This document shows, piece by piece, positions 9,824 through 18,036 of a stretch of DNA of 37,214 nt. This DNA comes from Roseivirga sp. GTDB taxonomy: Bacteria; Bacteroidota; Bacteroidia; Cytophagales; Cyclobacteriaceae. Within the stretch, counting starts at the first letter, position 1. Each line of letters begins with the position of its first letter. A program made the translations under genes and the position numbers. The DNA lies in NCBI GenBank assembly GCA_047636255.1, contig JBLIKG010000001.1, forward strand, positions 1 to 37,214. Direction: 5' to 3'. Under the pieces are notes generated by a model. It searched no databases and had not been told where the DNA came from. It was given only the letters and a program-made list of their open reading frames with translations.

Positions 9824-10138
9824 TCAGAGTAGAATCACCTCATTGACTATCGGCTGTCCAAATTCCTTTGCCAAAAGCACTAATATTTTACTTTTTGACA
9901 TATTGAGTTCGTGCCGAAGTGGCGCAGAACTAAGGTGCACATAGAGCTTTTTTTCTTTGATGTAAATCTTGGTAGTGCGTTTTGCTATAGCCACGCCCAT
10001 CACCCGCTCCCATGAATTAATCAAATTGGTTTCATTGAACTTCTGCTCAATGTTAAAAGACTTGAGCATGTCTTTCACTGCGTCCCCTATATTTTCAGGT
10101 TGGCTCTTTCTAGGTGCTTTGTAGAATCTCTCGCTCAC
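9824..10138 (-). CDS. DUF721 / DciA family protein (putative helicase-loading factor)
   Basis: Family-typical pattern W..VMG..IAKRT..IYIK..KLYV.LSSAPLRHEL; 104 aa; GTG start. Confidence 0.85.
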   Translation of the reverse strand: MSERFYKAPRKSQPENIGDAVKDMLKSFNIEQKFNETNLINSWERVMGVAIAKRTTKIYIKEKKLYVHLSSAPLRHELNMSKSKILVLLAKEFGQPIVNEVILL

Positions 10139-10292
10139 TTTTTTCCAATTCAGACATTAAAAGTACGGCTTCATCTGATCAGATTTGCCATAGATGTTAA
10201 ATTAGTCAATATTAATATCAAATCCAGAAGTATGTCAGAGCTCGAACATTTTGAGCTATTTAGTGACACCCTAAAATAACCTTAACCACCCA

Positions 10293-11432
10293 CTACGAAA
10301 GCTCATCGAAAACAAATAAGTCTGAAGCAATTTTATCGGCTAAGAGCTTGCCTTTATTCGTCAGGGTAATGCATTGCTCTTCGATTTCAATCATTCCTTG
10401 AATAAAAAGGGCATACAAATAATCCTCTCTCAAAACCAAAAGGTTCACCCCATATTTCGACACTAGAATTTCATTATTACAACCCCATTTAGTTCGCAAG
10501 CTTGTGAGAATATATTCATTCATTTGGTCCTCGCGCGTTAAAATAATTTTTTCAAATGGAATTTTTCTTTCGGCCAAACTTTTCAAATACTTGGCGTTGT
10601 TGGACACATTTGCCTGCTTGAAATTACCATTATAAGAATGTGCAGAAGGGCCAATACCCAGATATTTCTCTTGTTTCCAATAATTACTATTGTGCTGAGA
10701 TTCATAACCTGGCTGGGCAAAATTAGAAATCTCATATTGCTCATAACCGTAGCGATTCAGTGTTTCAGTCAGGATCTCGAACTGTTGAGCGGCATATTCC
10801 TCTTCTACATCCTCCATTTTTCCTTTAGCGACCCAATTACCAAATGCTGTTTTCGGCTCGATGGTAAGGCAATAAGATGATATGTGCTCTGGTCGCATCA
10901 TTACAGCCTTCTTTAAATCACTTAACCACAAATCATGATTTGGTGATGGCAAGGCATAGATCAAATCAATACTAATATTCTCAAAACCCGCCTTTCGAGC
11001 ATCATAAAAACACTTCTCAGATTGCTCGGCATTGTGCTGGCGGTTCATCCACTTTAAGTGCGGCTCATGAAATGACTGAATACCAATGCTCAATCTATTA
11101 ATTCCTGCATTGCGGAAAAACGTGAGCTGATCAACGTCTAAGTCATCTGGGTTTGCCTCCAAGGTAATTTCCGGATTACTCGACAGATTAAAATAATAGC
11201 GAATCTGTTTCAGAATGCGCTTTACATGCTCATCATTCATCAAAGAAGGCGTCCCGCCCCCAAAATAAATGGTATTCACTTGGTCATTATTGAAATACCC
11301 AGCTTGCAATTCGAGTTCTACACAAATCGCATCAATCATTTCGTCAATCTGATGAACAGACTGAGTGAAATGAAAGTCGCAATAATGGCAAGCTTTCTTG
11401 CAAAATGGAATATGAATATATAATCCGGCCAA
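10293..11432 (-). CDS. hemW: Radical SAM heme chaperone HemW (HemN-like)
   Basis: LYIHIPFCKKACHYCDF (CxxxCxxC), YFGGGTPS, EANP, YEISNFA, HNSNYW; TTG start. Confidence 0.92.
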   Translation of the reverse strand: MAGLYIHIPFCKKACHYCDFHFTQSVHQIDEMIDAICVELELQAGYFNNDQVNTIYFGGGTPSLMNDEHVKRILKQIRYYFNLSSNPEITLEANPDDLDVDQLTFFRNAGINRLSIGIQSFHEPHLKWMNRQHNAEQSEKCFYDARKAGFENISIDLIYALPSPNHDLWLSDLKKAVMMRPEHISSYCLTIEPKTAFGNWVAKGKMEDVEEEYAAQQFEILTETLNRYGYEQYEISNFAQPGYESQHNSNYWKQEKYLGIGPSAHSYNGNFKQANVSNNAKYLKSLAERKIPFEKIILTREDQMNEYILTSLRTKWGCNNEILVSKYGVNLLVLREDYLYALFIQGMIEIEEQCITLTNKGKLLADKIASDLFVFDELS

Positions 11433-11464
11433 AGAATCGTTAATTTGAAGCTAAATTTCCTTGA

Positions 11465-13222
11465 ATGTCGAAGATATACTTAAAGTATATTTATTACTCG
11501 ATCCTGATGTTTATTTTCTGCTCCTCTTCGCTGGCGCAGAAGAAATACCTGCTTGATATTCTCGCCAATGATCAAGATAAAGCCGCGCTTAAGAAATTAA
11601 ATTACCAAAGAGATTTTACTGATTCATTGCTCATGATTAAAACACTGAATAGTGTTATAAGTTCACTCCATTCAGAGGGCTTTTTATTAGCCAGAATTGA
11701 GGCTATAAAATCAAACGCGTCATCCACCAGGATTGAAGCTCAGATCACTGTAGGTGAAAAATTTCAATGGATAAGTCTTTCTGAAGGCAATGTGGAAAAA
11801 GCACTATTACGAAGGAACGGATTTAAAGACACTCAGTTCTCAGAAAGGCCATTTCGATTCAATCAAGTAGCTAAATTGGAAAAATCACTTCTCACCTTTG
11901 CTGAAAGAAATGGCTATCCATTTGCCAGCCTAAAATTAGACTCACTTAGAATTGAAGCCAATAAAATCCAAGCCTCTCTCAATTTAGATCTTGGCCCACC
12001 AATTACTTTCGACAGTCTAGACATAAAAAGCAATTTTGATATCAAAACTCGATTCCTAGGCCATTATTTAGGGATAAATCAAAACAGCCTCTATGACCAG
12101 CGGAAGATCAACTTTATTGGCCAAAGACTGAGAGGATTGCCATATTTAAGGTTAAGCGAAGCTCCAATTCTTACCTTTCAAAACTCTGAAGCCACAGTGC
12201 ACCTTAAGCTTGAAAAAAGGCCGGTCAATCAAATTGATGCGATTATAGGTTTTCTACCCAATTCGAGTAGATCCAACCAACTCCTAGTGACCGGTCAGGT
12301 AGATATTGATTTATTAAACCCTTTTGGATCTGGTAAAAAAATAGGTTTACACTGGCGAAGATTAAGTGAGGAAACCCAAAGCCTTAATTTGCAATATGCG
12401 CATCCCAATCTGATTGGCAGCCCTCTAGCTTTTGACTTTGAGTTCGATTTTTTAAAGCAAGATACGCTTTTCACCAAACGAAACTTTGACCTAAAATTTG
12501 CCTATAATTTGGGGGGAAACAGCTTTTTGAACGTTTTCACAAGAGTTGAAGGTACAGACCTTATTGGAATTCCAAAATTAGAATCGAATGGCGTTCCGAA
12601 TGTGATTGATTTCGATCTTACCTCCTATGGCCTAGGCTTTGAATGGAATAATTTTAATGACCCTTTTGTGATTACAAGAGGAACAGGTTTGTCGATCAGT
12701 GCATCAACTGGTAATAAAAAGATTCAGCGCAACAATGCCCTATCCTCTGAAGTCTATGATGATCTCGACTTGAAGACACTTCAATATACTTTTTTAGTGA
12801 ATTTTGAAAACTACTGGAGAATGAAACCCAACTTTGTACTAGTAAATAAGCTCTCAGGTGGCATGAAAATAAATGAAGACTTGTTTCAAAATGACGCATT
12901 CAGATTGGGGGGACTTAACAACCTTAGGGGTTTTAATGAGAATTTCTTTTTTGCCTCCCAATATGCGCTCACTACTGTAGAAGGCAGGTTGCTTTTTGAC
13001 GAAAGCTCTTACTTGCTCCTTTTTACTGACTTGGCCTATATAAGCAGTGCCTTTCAACAGGTCAATTTTAGCGAACTTGCCCTTGGTTTAGGGGCTGGGC
13101 TAAGTTTTGCAACCGACTCTGGAATCTTTAATTTTGTTTACGCTTTAGGAAGTACTGATAGCGTTGGAGCTTTCAATTTTAATCAATCCAAAATCCATTT
13201 TGGCTATACCACAAAGTTTTAA
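11465..13222 (+). CDS. Omp85 (BamA/TamA-like) outer-membrane protein with POTRA-like domains
   Basis: Signal peptide, POTRA-like segments (GFLLARI, NGYPFA), FRLGGLNNLRGFNE (L6 VRGF-like motif), C-terminal beta-signal ending in F (IHFGYTTKF). Start codon uncertain. Confidence 0.8.
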   Translation: MSKIYLKYIYYSILMFIFCSSSLAQKKYLLDILANDQDKAALKKLNYQRDFTDSLLMIKTLNSVISSLHSEGFLLARIEAIKSNASSTRIEAQITVGEKFQWISLSEGNVEKALLRRNGFKDTQFSERPFRFNQVAKLEKSLLTFAERNGYPFASLKLDSLRIEANKIQASLNLDLGPPITFDSLDIKSNFDIKTRFLGHYLGINQNSLYDQRKINFIGQRLRGLPYLRLSEAPILTFQNSEATVHLKLEKRPVNQIDAIIGFLPNSSRSNQLLVTGQVDIDLLNPFGSGKKIGLHWRRLSEETQSLNLQYAHPNLIGSPLAFDFEFDFLKQDTLFTKRNFDLKFAYNLGGNSFLNVFTRVEGTDLIGIPKLESNGVPNVIDFDLTSYGLGFEWNNFNDPFVITRGTGLSISASTGNKKIQRNNALSSEVYDDLDLKTLQYTFLVNFENYWRMKPNFVLVNKLSGGMKINEDLFQNDAFRLGGLNNLRGFNENFFFASQYALTTVEGRLLFDESSYLLLFTDLAYISSAFQQVNFSELALGLGAGLSFATDSGIFNFVYALGSTDSVGAFNFNQSKIHFGYTTKF

Positions 13223-13223
13223 T

Positions 13224-13931
13224 ATGATGATTTACAGTCAATTGGTAATTATTGAAAGCAGGAATGCATTTATTCTTTTACTCATCCTTTTGCTAAGTGC
13301 TTTTGCTATTTCCAAAGTGGCTTTTCCAAAGGTATTTTCTGAATTGATTTCTCCCAATAAACTCTTCGGCTTTAGGGTTAGAGAAGATTTAGGCACTAAT
13401 CTTCGGCCATTTAGTTCAGAACACCTCTATTTCACGGCACTTAACTCCCTAAGTATTTCTTTTATTATACTTTATCTGCTCAACGCTGTCGATAGCATCA
13501 CATTACCAGAAATCTTGATCATCGATCACTTCAGTATTGCCATTTTGCAGTGGCTTGGTCTCGCTTTTACCTTGAATTTACTGGTCTATATTAAATTTAT
13601 ATTAATTACAATCTTTGGTTTACTCTTCGATATGAGGGAAGCTATTTCACGACATTTTGTGGATATGGTCAATGCCTCATTGTTTTTCTTTCTGTTAATG
13701 CTCCTTTTTCTTGGGGTGGTGAGTTTTTCTTCATTTCTCCCGAACCCACGCTACATACAAGCAACCGTACTATTTGCTGTCTTATTCTACTATTATAGAG
13801 GACTATTGATTTACGTCAGATTGTTGAATGACCGGACACATAGCAAATTATATATATTTTCGTACATTTGCGCCACAGAACTGACCCCTCTCACACTTGG
13901 GTTGGTTTTAATTTTCAATAGCCAAATCTAG
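13224..13931 (+). CDS. DUF4271 domain membrane protein
   Basis: Multi-TM protein with C-terminal LYIFSYICATE motif; sits directly upstream of hemD as is usual in Bacteroidota. ATG at 13224 (1 bp after the upstream stop) preferred over TTG at 13164. Confidence 0.75.
   Translation: MMIYSQLVIIESRNAFILLLILLLSAFAISKVAFPKVFSELISPNKLFGFRVREDLGTNLRPFSSEHLYFTALNSLSISFIILYLLNAVDSITLPEILIIDHFSIAILQWLGLAFTLNLLVYIKFILITIFGLLFDMREAISRHFVDMVNASLFFFLLMLLFLGVVSFSSFLPNPRYIQATVLFAVLFYYYRGLLIYVRLLNDRTHSKLYIFSYICATELTPLTLGLVLIFNSQI
13863..13870 (+). promoter_or_regulatory. Internal sigma-A -7 element (TACATTTG) upstream of hemD, inside DUF4271 CDS
   Basis: ATTTTCG-TACATTTG-CGCC matches the extended Bacteroidota promoter pattern; about 80 nt before the hemD ATG. 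Confidence 0.6.
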
Positions 13932-13950
13932 GAGAGCAAGTATAGAACTT

Positions 13951-14730
13951 ATGTCTAATAGTACACAAGAGGAAAGGCTTAAAGAGGTCAAGAGCATCTT
14001 AGTATCTCAGCCTAAACCATCAGACGATAAATCGCCATATTATATTTTATCTAACAAGTATAAGATCAAGATCGATTTTAGGCCTTTTATTCAGGTCGAT
14101 CCGATCAATGTCAAAGACTTTAGAAAGCAGAAAGTTGATATTTTAAAACATACTGCTGTAATCTTTACAAGTCGAAATGCCGTTGATCATTTTTTCAGAC
14201 TTTGTAAAGAATTGAAGGTTGAAGTGCCTACGGATATGAAATACTTCTGTATCTCAGAGCAAACAGCAAACTACCTCCAAAAATATATTGTAGTTAGAAA
14301 GCGTAAAATATTTACTGGCTCTAGAACTGCTCAAGATTTAATCGAAATATTAAAGAAACACAAGAACGAGAAGTATGTATTCCCTTGCTCTAATATTAGG
14401 AAAGAAGATATTCCGGTTTTCTTAGAGGAGCAAAACTATGAGTTTACCGAAGCTATAATATATGAGACTGTTGCCAGCGATCTTTCCGATTTAGATGACG
14501 TGCAATATGATATTATTGCATTTTATAGCCCAAGTGGAATTAATTCGTTGTTTGTTAACTTTCCAAAGTTTAAACAGAATAATACAAGAATAGCTGTTTT
14601 TGGGCCGACTACGGCACAAGCTGCTCGTGAAGCTGGATTGATCATTGATGTTGAAGCTCCATTACCAAACGCCCCTTCGATGACTGGAGCACTGGAGTTA
14701 TATATCAAAAAAGCCAATAATCTCGATTAA
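13951..14730 (+). CDS. hemD: Uroporphyrinogen-III synthase (Bacteroidota HemD type)
   Basis: VKSILVSQPKP, FTSRNAVDHFF, FYSPSGINSL, FGPTTA, APSMTGAL; typical Bacteroidota HemD-family sequence. Confidence 0.85.
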   Translation: MSNSTQEERLKEVKSILVSQPKPSDDKSPYYILSNKYKIKIDFRPFIQVDPINVKDFRKQKVDILKHTAVIFTSRNAVDHFFRLCKELKVEVPTDMKYFCISEQTANYLQKYIVVRKRKIFTGSRTAQDLIEILKKHKNEKYVFPCSNIRKEDIPVFLEEQNYEFTEAIIYETVASDLSDLDDVQYDIIAFYSPSGINSLFVNFPKFKQNNTRIAVFGPTTAQAAREAGLIIDVEAPLPNAPSMTGALELYIKKANNLD

Positions 14731-14801
14731 GTACTGGCCTTTCTCAGTAAGCGGCAAAACCGTTTTCTTGTAATATATTTATCCCAACTGAATATTTCGG
14801 C

Positions 14802-14809
14802 TAGATTTG
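14802..14809 (+). promoter_or_regulatory. Putative sigma-A -7 element for porP/sprP
   Basis: TAGATTTG matches TAnnTTTG in the hemD-porP intergenic region; no clear -33 element. Confidence 0.5.
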
Positions 14810-14822
14810 TCGTTATGAGATT

Positions 14823-15788
14823 ATGATTGGAACTTTTCGCTACACACTGGTTCTTCTGATTACAAGTACTCTCAGCGTTTTTGCGCAACAGGACGCGCAA
14901 TTTACACAGTACATGTATAATCAGCTTTATTACAATCCAGCATTTGCAGGCTCAGGAGAAGGCAGTACATTAATGGCAATTCATCGCTCACAATGGTTTG
15001 GTTACGATGGTAGCATCAATCAAGGCGGAGCTCCTAACACGCAGTTAATCAGCTATAACACAAAGCTAGAAAAGCTTAAAACAGGCTTAGGAATCTACTT
15101 GAGTAACGACAATTTAGGGCCAAGCAACAATTTCCAGGTTCAAACGGCCATTTCTAAAAATATTAATCTCCCAAATGGCGGAGTTCTTACTTTTGGGTTA
15201 AATTTGGGGCTCTTTTCTAGTTCTATTAATTTTGATGATGTCATTGTTGTTAACCCCAACGACCCCATATCAATTGGATCTGGCAAAGAATCACAAATTC
15301 GTCCGGATTTTGGCGCAGGAATTATTTACCGAAAAGGAAATTATTTTGGTGGTTTCAGTACAAATCACTTACTTCAGCCAAAATTTGGCTTTGGAGAAAG
15401 TCAAGTTTCCAATCAATTAAATCGACACTACTATTTGACAATGGGTTATGATTATTCATTAAACCCACAAATAAAGATTACCCCAACTGTTTTACTTAAA
15501 TCAGTAAGTCTAAATACTTACAATATTGATGTAAGCGTTATTGGCGAGTACAATAACAATTTACGTGCTGGATTGGCGTATAGACAATCCGAATCGGCAT
15601 CTCTAATTTTAGGGTATAAAATATTGAGTGATCGTTCTTTAACTTTAGCCTATGCTTTCGATTTTGTAGTAGGAAATCGACAGAGTAAGGAGCCAACATC
15701 TCAGGAGTTAATGTTGATTTATAATTTCAAATCTGTTCCCGGAATAGCGGGCAGACGAATCATCAGAACCCCCCGATTTAGGTATTAA
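14823..15788 (+). CDS. porP: Type IX secretion system PorP/SprF-family outer-membrane protein (SprP-like)
   Basis: Signal peptide then AQQDAQFTQYMYNQLYYNPAFAG, HRSQW, C-terminal IIRTPRFRY; directly upstream of gldK. Confidence 0.9.
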   Translation: MIGTFRYTLVLLITSTLSVFAQQDAQFTQYMYNQLYYNPAFAGSGEGSTLMAIHRSQWFGYDGSINQGGAPNTQLISYNTKLEKLKTGLGIYLSNDNLGPSNNFQVQTAISKNINLPNGGVLTFGLNLGLFSSSINFDDVIVVNPNDPISIGSGKESQIRPDFGAGIIYRKGNYFGGFSTNHLLQPKFGFGESQVSNQLNRHYYLTMGYDYSLNPQIKITPTVLLKSVSLNTYNIDVSVIGEYNNNLRAGLAYRQSESASLILGYKILSDRSLTLAYAFDFVVGNRQSKEPTSQELMLIYNFKSVPGIAGRRIIRTPRFRY

Positions 15789-15938
15789 ACTGAAGTTTTT
15801 ATAAAATAATGATTTTGAGAATTTTGGTCAGTGGACTAGAATTATGATGAGAAAATACTATTTTTCGCGCTATATTTAATTAGTTGGCAATAACATACAC
15901 TGCTTTTTAGTTAAGTAAAAACAAGAATTAAGCTATCA

Positions 15939-17183
15939 ATGAGGAAAATACACGCTGGGTTTGCGATTTTAATGGCCGTTTCTTTAACCACAGGATGCTC
16001 TATGTTCAAGGGTTTTCTTGGAGGTGGGGGCATGAGTAAGGTGGAAACACTAAACAATGAAGGTCAACTTATGGGGGTTCCCGATAGAGAAGGTTGGTAT
16101 CAGGAAACACCTTATGGAATGGTACAGATTCCTGGAAGTACGTTCTATATGGGACAGGCCGATGAAGATGTGGCTGCTTCCCAAATCAATTTCAATAGAC
16201 AAATAACTGTGAGTTCATTTTTAATGGATTCAGAAGAAATTACAAATAATGAGTATCGTCAATTTCTAAATTTTATCGATACAATCTCCCAAGATCCCAA
16301 CGAGCAATATTGGACTCAACAGGTAAAGCAGGAAGTGACTCCAAATCCAAACGTTTGGGACAGTGAGTTTGCTTACCATATGGGTGATAAAATGACCCAA
16401 TATTATTTTAGTCATCAAGCATTCGATGATTATCCAGTGGTAGGTGTTAGCTGGGAAGCGGCAGCAAAGTTTACTGAATGGAGAACTGAGCACCTGAACA
16501 TTGGTCGCCAAGAAGATGAAACCGGAGGCGGTGGAGGTCTTTTTGGTGGTAAAAAGAACAGACAAGCACAAGACAATGGTGTACAAGGCCTAGGCGGCCC
16601 AGGGCAATTAGGGGCTGCTCCACAAGGAGCTGCGGGACAACCTAATACGACTTTCAAAAGTACATTGCCTATAGAAAAAAGATATCCCAACATTAGACTC
16701 CCTACTGAAGCTGAATGGGAATACGCGTCTCGTGGTGGTCGAGAAATAATTAAATACCCTTGGGGTGGCCCTTATACAAGAAATAGAAGTGGATGTTTCT
16801 TGGCCAACTTCAAACCAGGCAGAGGCAACTACGATGACGATGGTTATCCATACACGGCTCCTGTGAATGCATTCTTACCCAACAATTTCAACTTATATAA
16901 TATGGCGGGTAATGTAGCAGAATGGTGCTTAGATGACTTTTCTCCTATTTACAATCCTTTAGTATGGGATTTGAACCCACTCTTTTTGTATAAAGACAAT
17001 GAAAGAAACAGCCCACATTATGGTAAAAAGGTAGTACGAGGCGGTGCATGGAACGATATTTCATATTACATCCAAACTGGAACACGCACCTATGAATATC
17101 GCGATGTAGAATCTGCTAGCATCGGTTTTAGATGTGCAATGGATTATTTGGGCAGTGCGGGTGATGACTTCGGAACTAACTAA
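15939..17183 (+). CDS. gldK: T9SS/gliding ring lipoprotein GldK (PorK)
   Basis: Lipobox LTTGC; FGE-like fold (RLPTEAEWEYASRGG, YPWGGPY, ANFKPGRGNY, NMAGNVAEW, IGFRC) without the catalytic FGE cysteine pair; upstream of gldL. Confidence 0.92.
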   Translation: MRKIHAGFAILMAVSLTTGCSMFKGFLGGGGMSKVETLNNEGQLMGVPDREGWYQETPYGMVQIPGSTFYMGQADEDVAASQINFNRQITVSSFLMDSEEITNNEYRQFLNFIDTISQDPNEQYWTQQVKQEVTPNPNVWDSEFAYHMGDKMTQYYFSHQAFDDYPVVGVSWEAAAKFTEWRTEHLNIGRQEDETGGGGGLFGGKKNRQAQDNGVQGLGGPGQLGAAPQGAAGQPNTTFKSTLPIEKRYPNIRLPTEAEWEYASRGGREIIKYPWGGPYTRNRSGCFLANFKPGRGNYDDDGYPYTAPVNAFLPNNFNLYNMAGNVAEWCLDDFSPIYNPLVWDLNPLFLYKDNERNSPHYGKKVVRGGAWNDISYYIQTGTRTYEYRDVESASIGFRCAMDYLGSAGDDFGTN

Positions 17184-17213
17184 ACTATAAACTTCAACCA
17201 AATTAATACTCAT

Positions 17214-18026
17214 ATGGCAAACAAATCATTTACAGAAAACTTTTACGGCAATATCATGCCTAAAATCTATGGACTAGGCGCTGCGGTCGTAATCATAGGA
17301 GCAATGTTTAAATTAGAAGGATGGGCAGGTGCCTCAATAATGCTAATCGTAGGTTTAGGTGTCGAAGCATTAATTTTTGCATTTAGTGCATTCGAACCCA
17401 CATCAACCGACTATACTAAAAAGATGTATGAGGCCAATGCCATAGGCGCAGCTCCTAAACAAGACAATTCAAATGACGAAGTAAGTCTTGGTAAGATTTT
17501 AAAAGAAGCTGCTGTAAGCAAAGAAAGCTTAAAACAGTTTGGAGAAGGCATGACAGCACTTGCAGCCAATGCAAAAGGTATGTCTGACATGTCTAATGCT
17601 GTTTCAGCAACAAACGCATATGCCGATAGTGCTAACAAAGCATCTGAAGGACTAAGTAAAATTAGCCAAAGCACAACAGTGACAGCGACCGCTATGGCAC
17701 AAATGGCAGATTCTGCGAAGAGTTCTGGAGAGATTCAAACACAACTGAAAACTTCAGTGGGTTCTTATCAAATTCAATTACAGAATGCCGCAACACAGCT
17801 TGATGCTCTTAACAAAGTGTACAAAGAAGAATTGAACGATTCTCAATCGCATGTTAAGGCGATTAAATCATTCTATGCCAATATCGACACTGCTTTAGCT
17901 GGAGTAAGTGCAGCAACTAAAGAAGCAGAAGAATTTAAAATACAAATGGGCAAATTAAACACCAATGTTAATTCACTTAACAAAGTATATGGTGCTATGT
18001 TGTCTGCAATGAAAACATCTAATTAA
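17214..18026 (+). CDS. gldL: T9SS/gliding motor subunit GldL (PorL)
   Basis: YGLGAAVVIIGAMFK...GLGVEALIFAFSAFEP two-TM N-terminus with the conserved Glu; coiled-coil cytoplasmic domain; C-terminal LNKVYGAMLSAM. Confidence 0.93.
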   Translation: MANKSFTENFYGNIMPKIYGLGAAVVIIGAMFKLEGWAGASIMLIVGLGVEALIFAFSAFEPTSTDYTKKMYEANAIGAAPKQDNSNDEVSLGKILKEAAVSKESLKQFGEGMTALAANAKGMSDMSNAVSATNAYADSANKASEGLSKISQSTTVTATAMAQMADSAKSSGEIQTQLKTSVGSYQIQLQNAATQLDALNKVYKEELNDSQSHVKAIKSFYANIDTALAGVSAATKEAEEFKIQMGKLNTNVNSLNKVYGAMLSAMKTSN

Positions 18027-18036
18027 CTGATCTATT

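Noticed and set aside
10239-10258. Imperfect inverted repeat AGCTCGAA...TTTGAGCT downstream of hemW
   Set aside because: It is mismatched on the transcribed (minus) strand and has no U-tract.
13164-13223. TTG-start N-terminal extension of DUF4271 overlapping the Omp85 gene
   Set aside because: The 59-bp overlap is unnecessary; an ATG lies 1 bp after the upstream stop.
14732-14770. Weak hairpins after hemD (TACTG...CAGTA; AAGCGG-CAAAA-CCGTTT)
   Set aside because: Stems are too short to call a terminator confidently.
15939-17183. GldK as a second formylglycine-generating enzyme for the sulfatase
   Set aside because: It lacks the catalytic Cys pair (RGGAWND instead of GGSFLC....C), and its context is porP-gldLMN.
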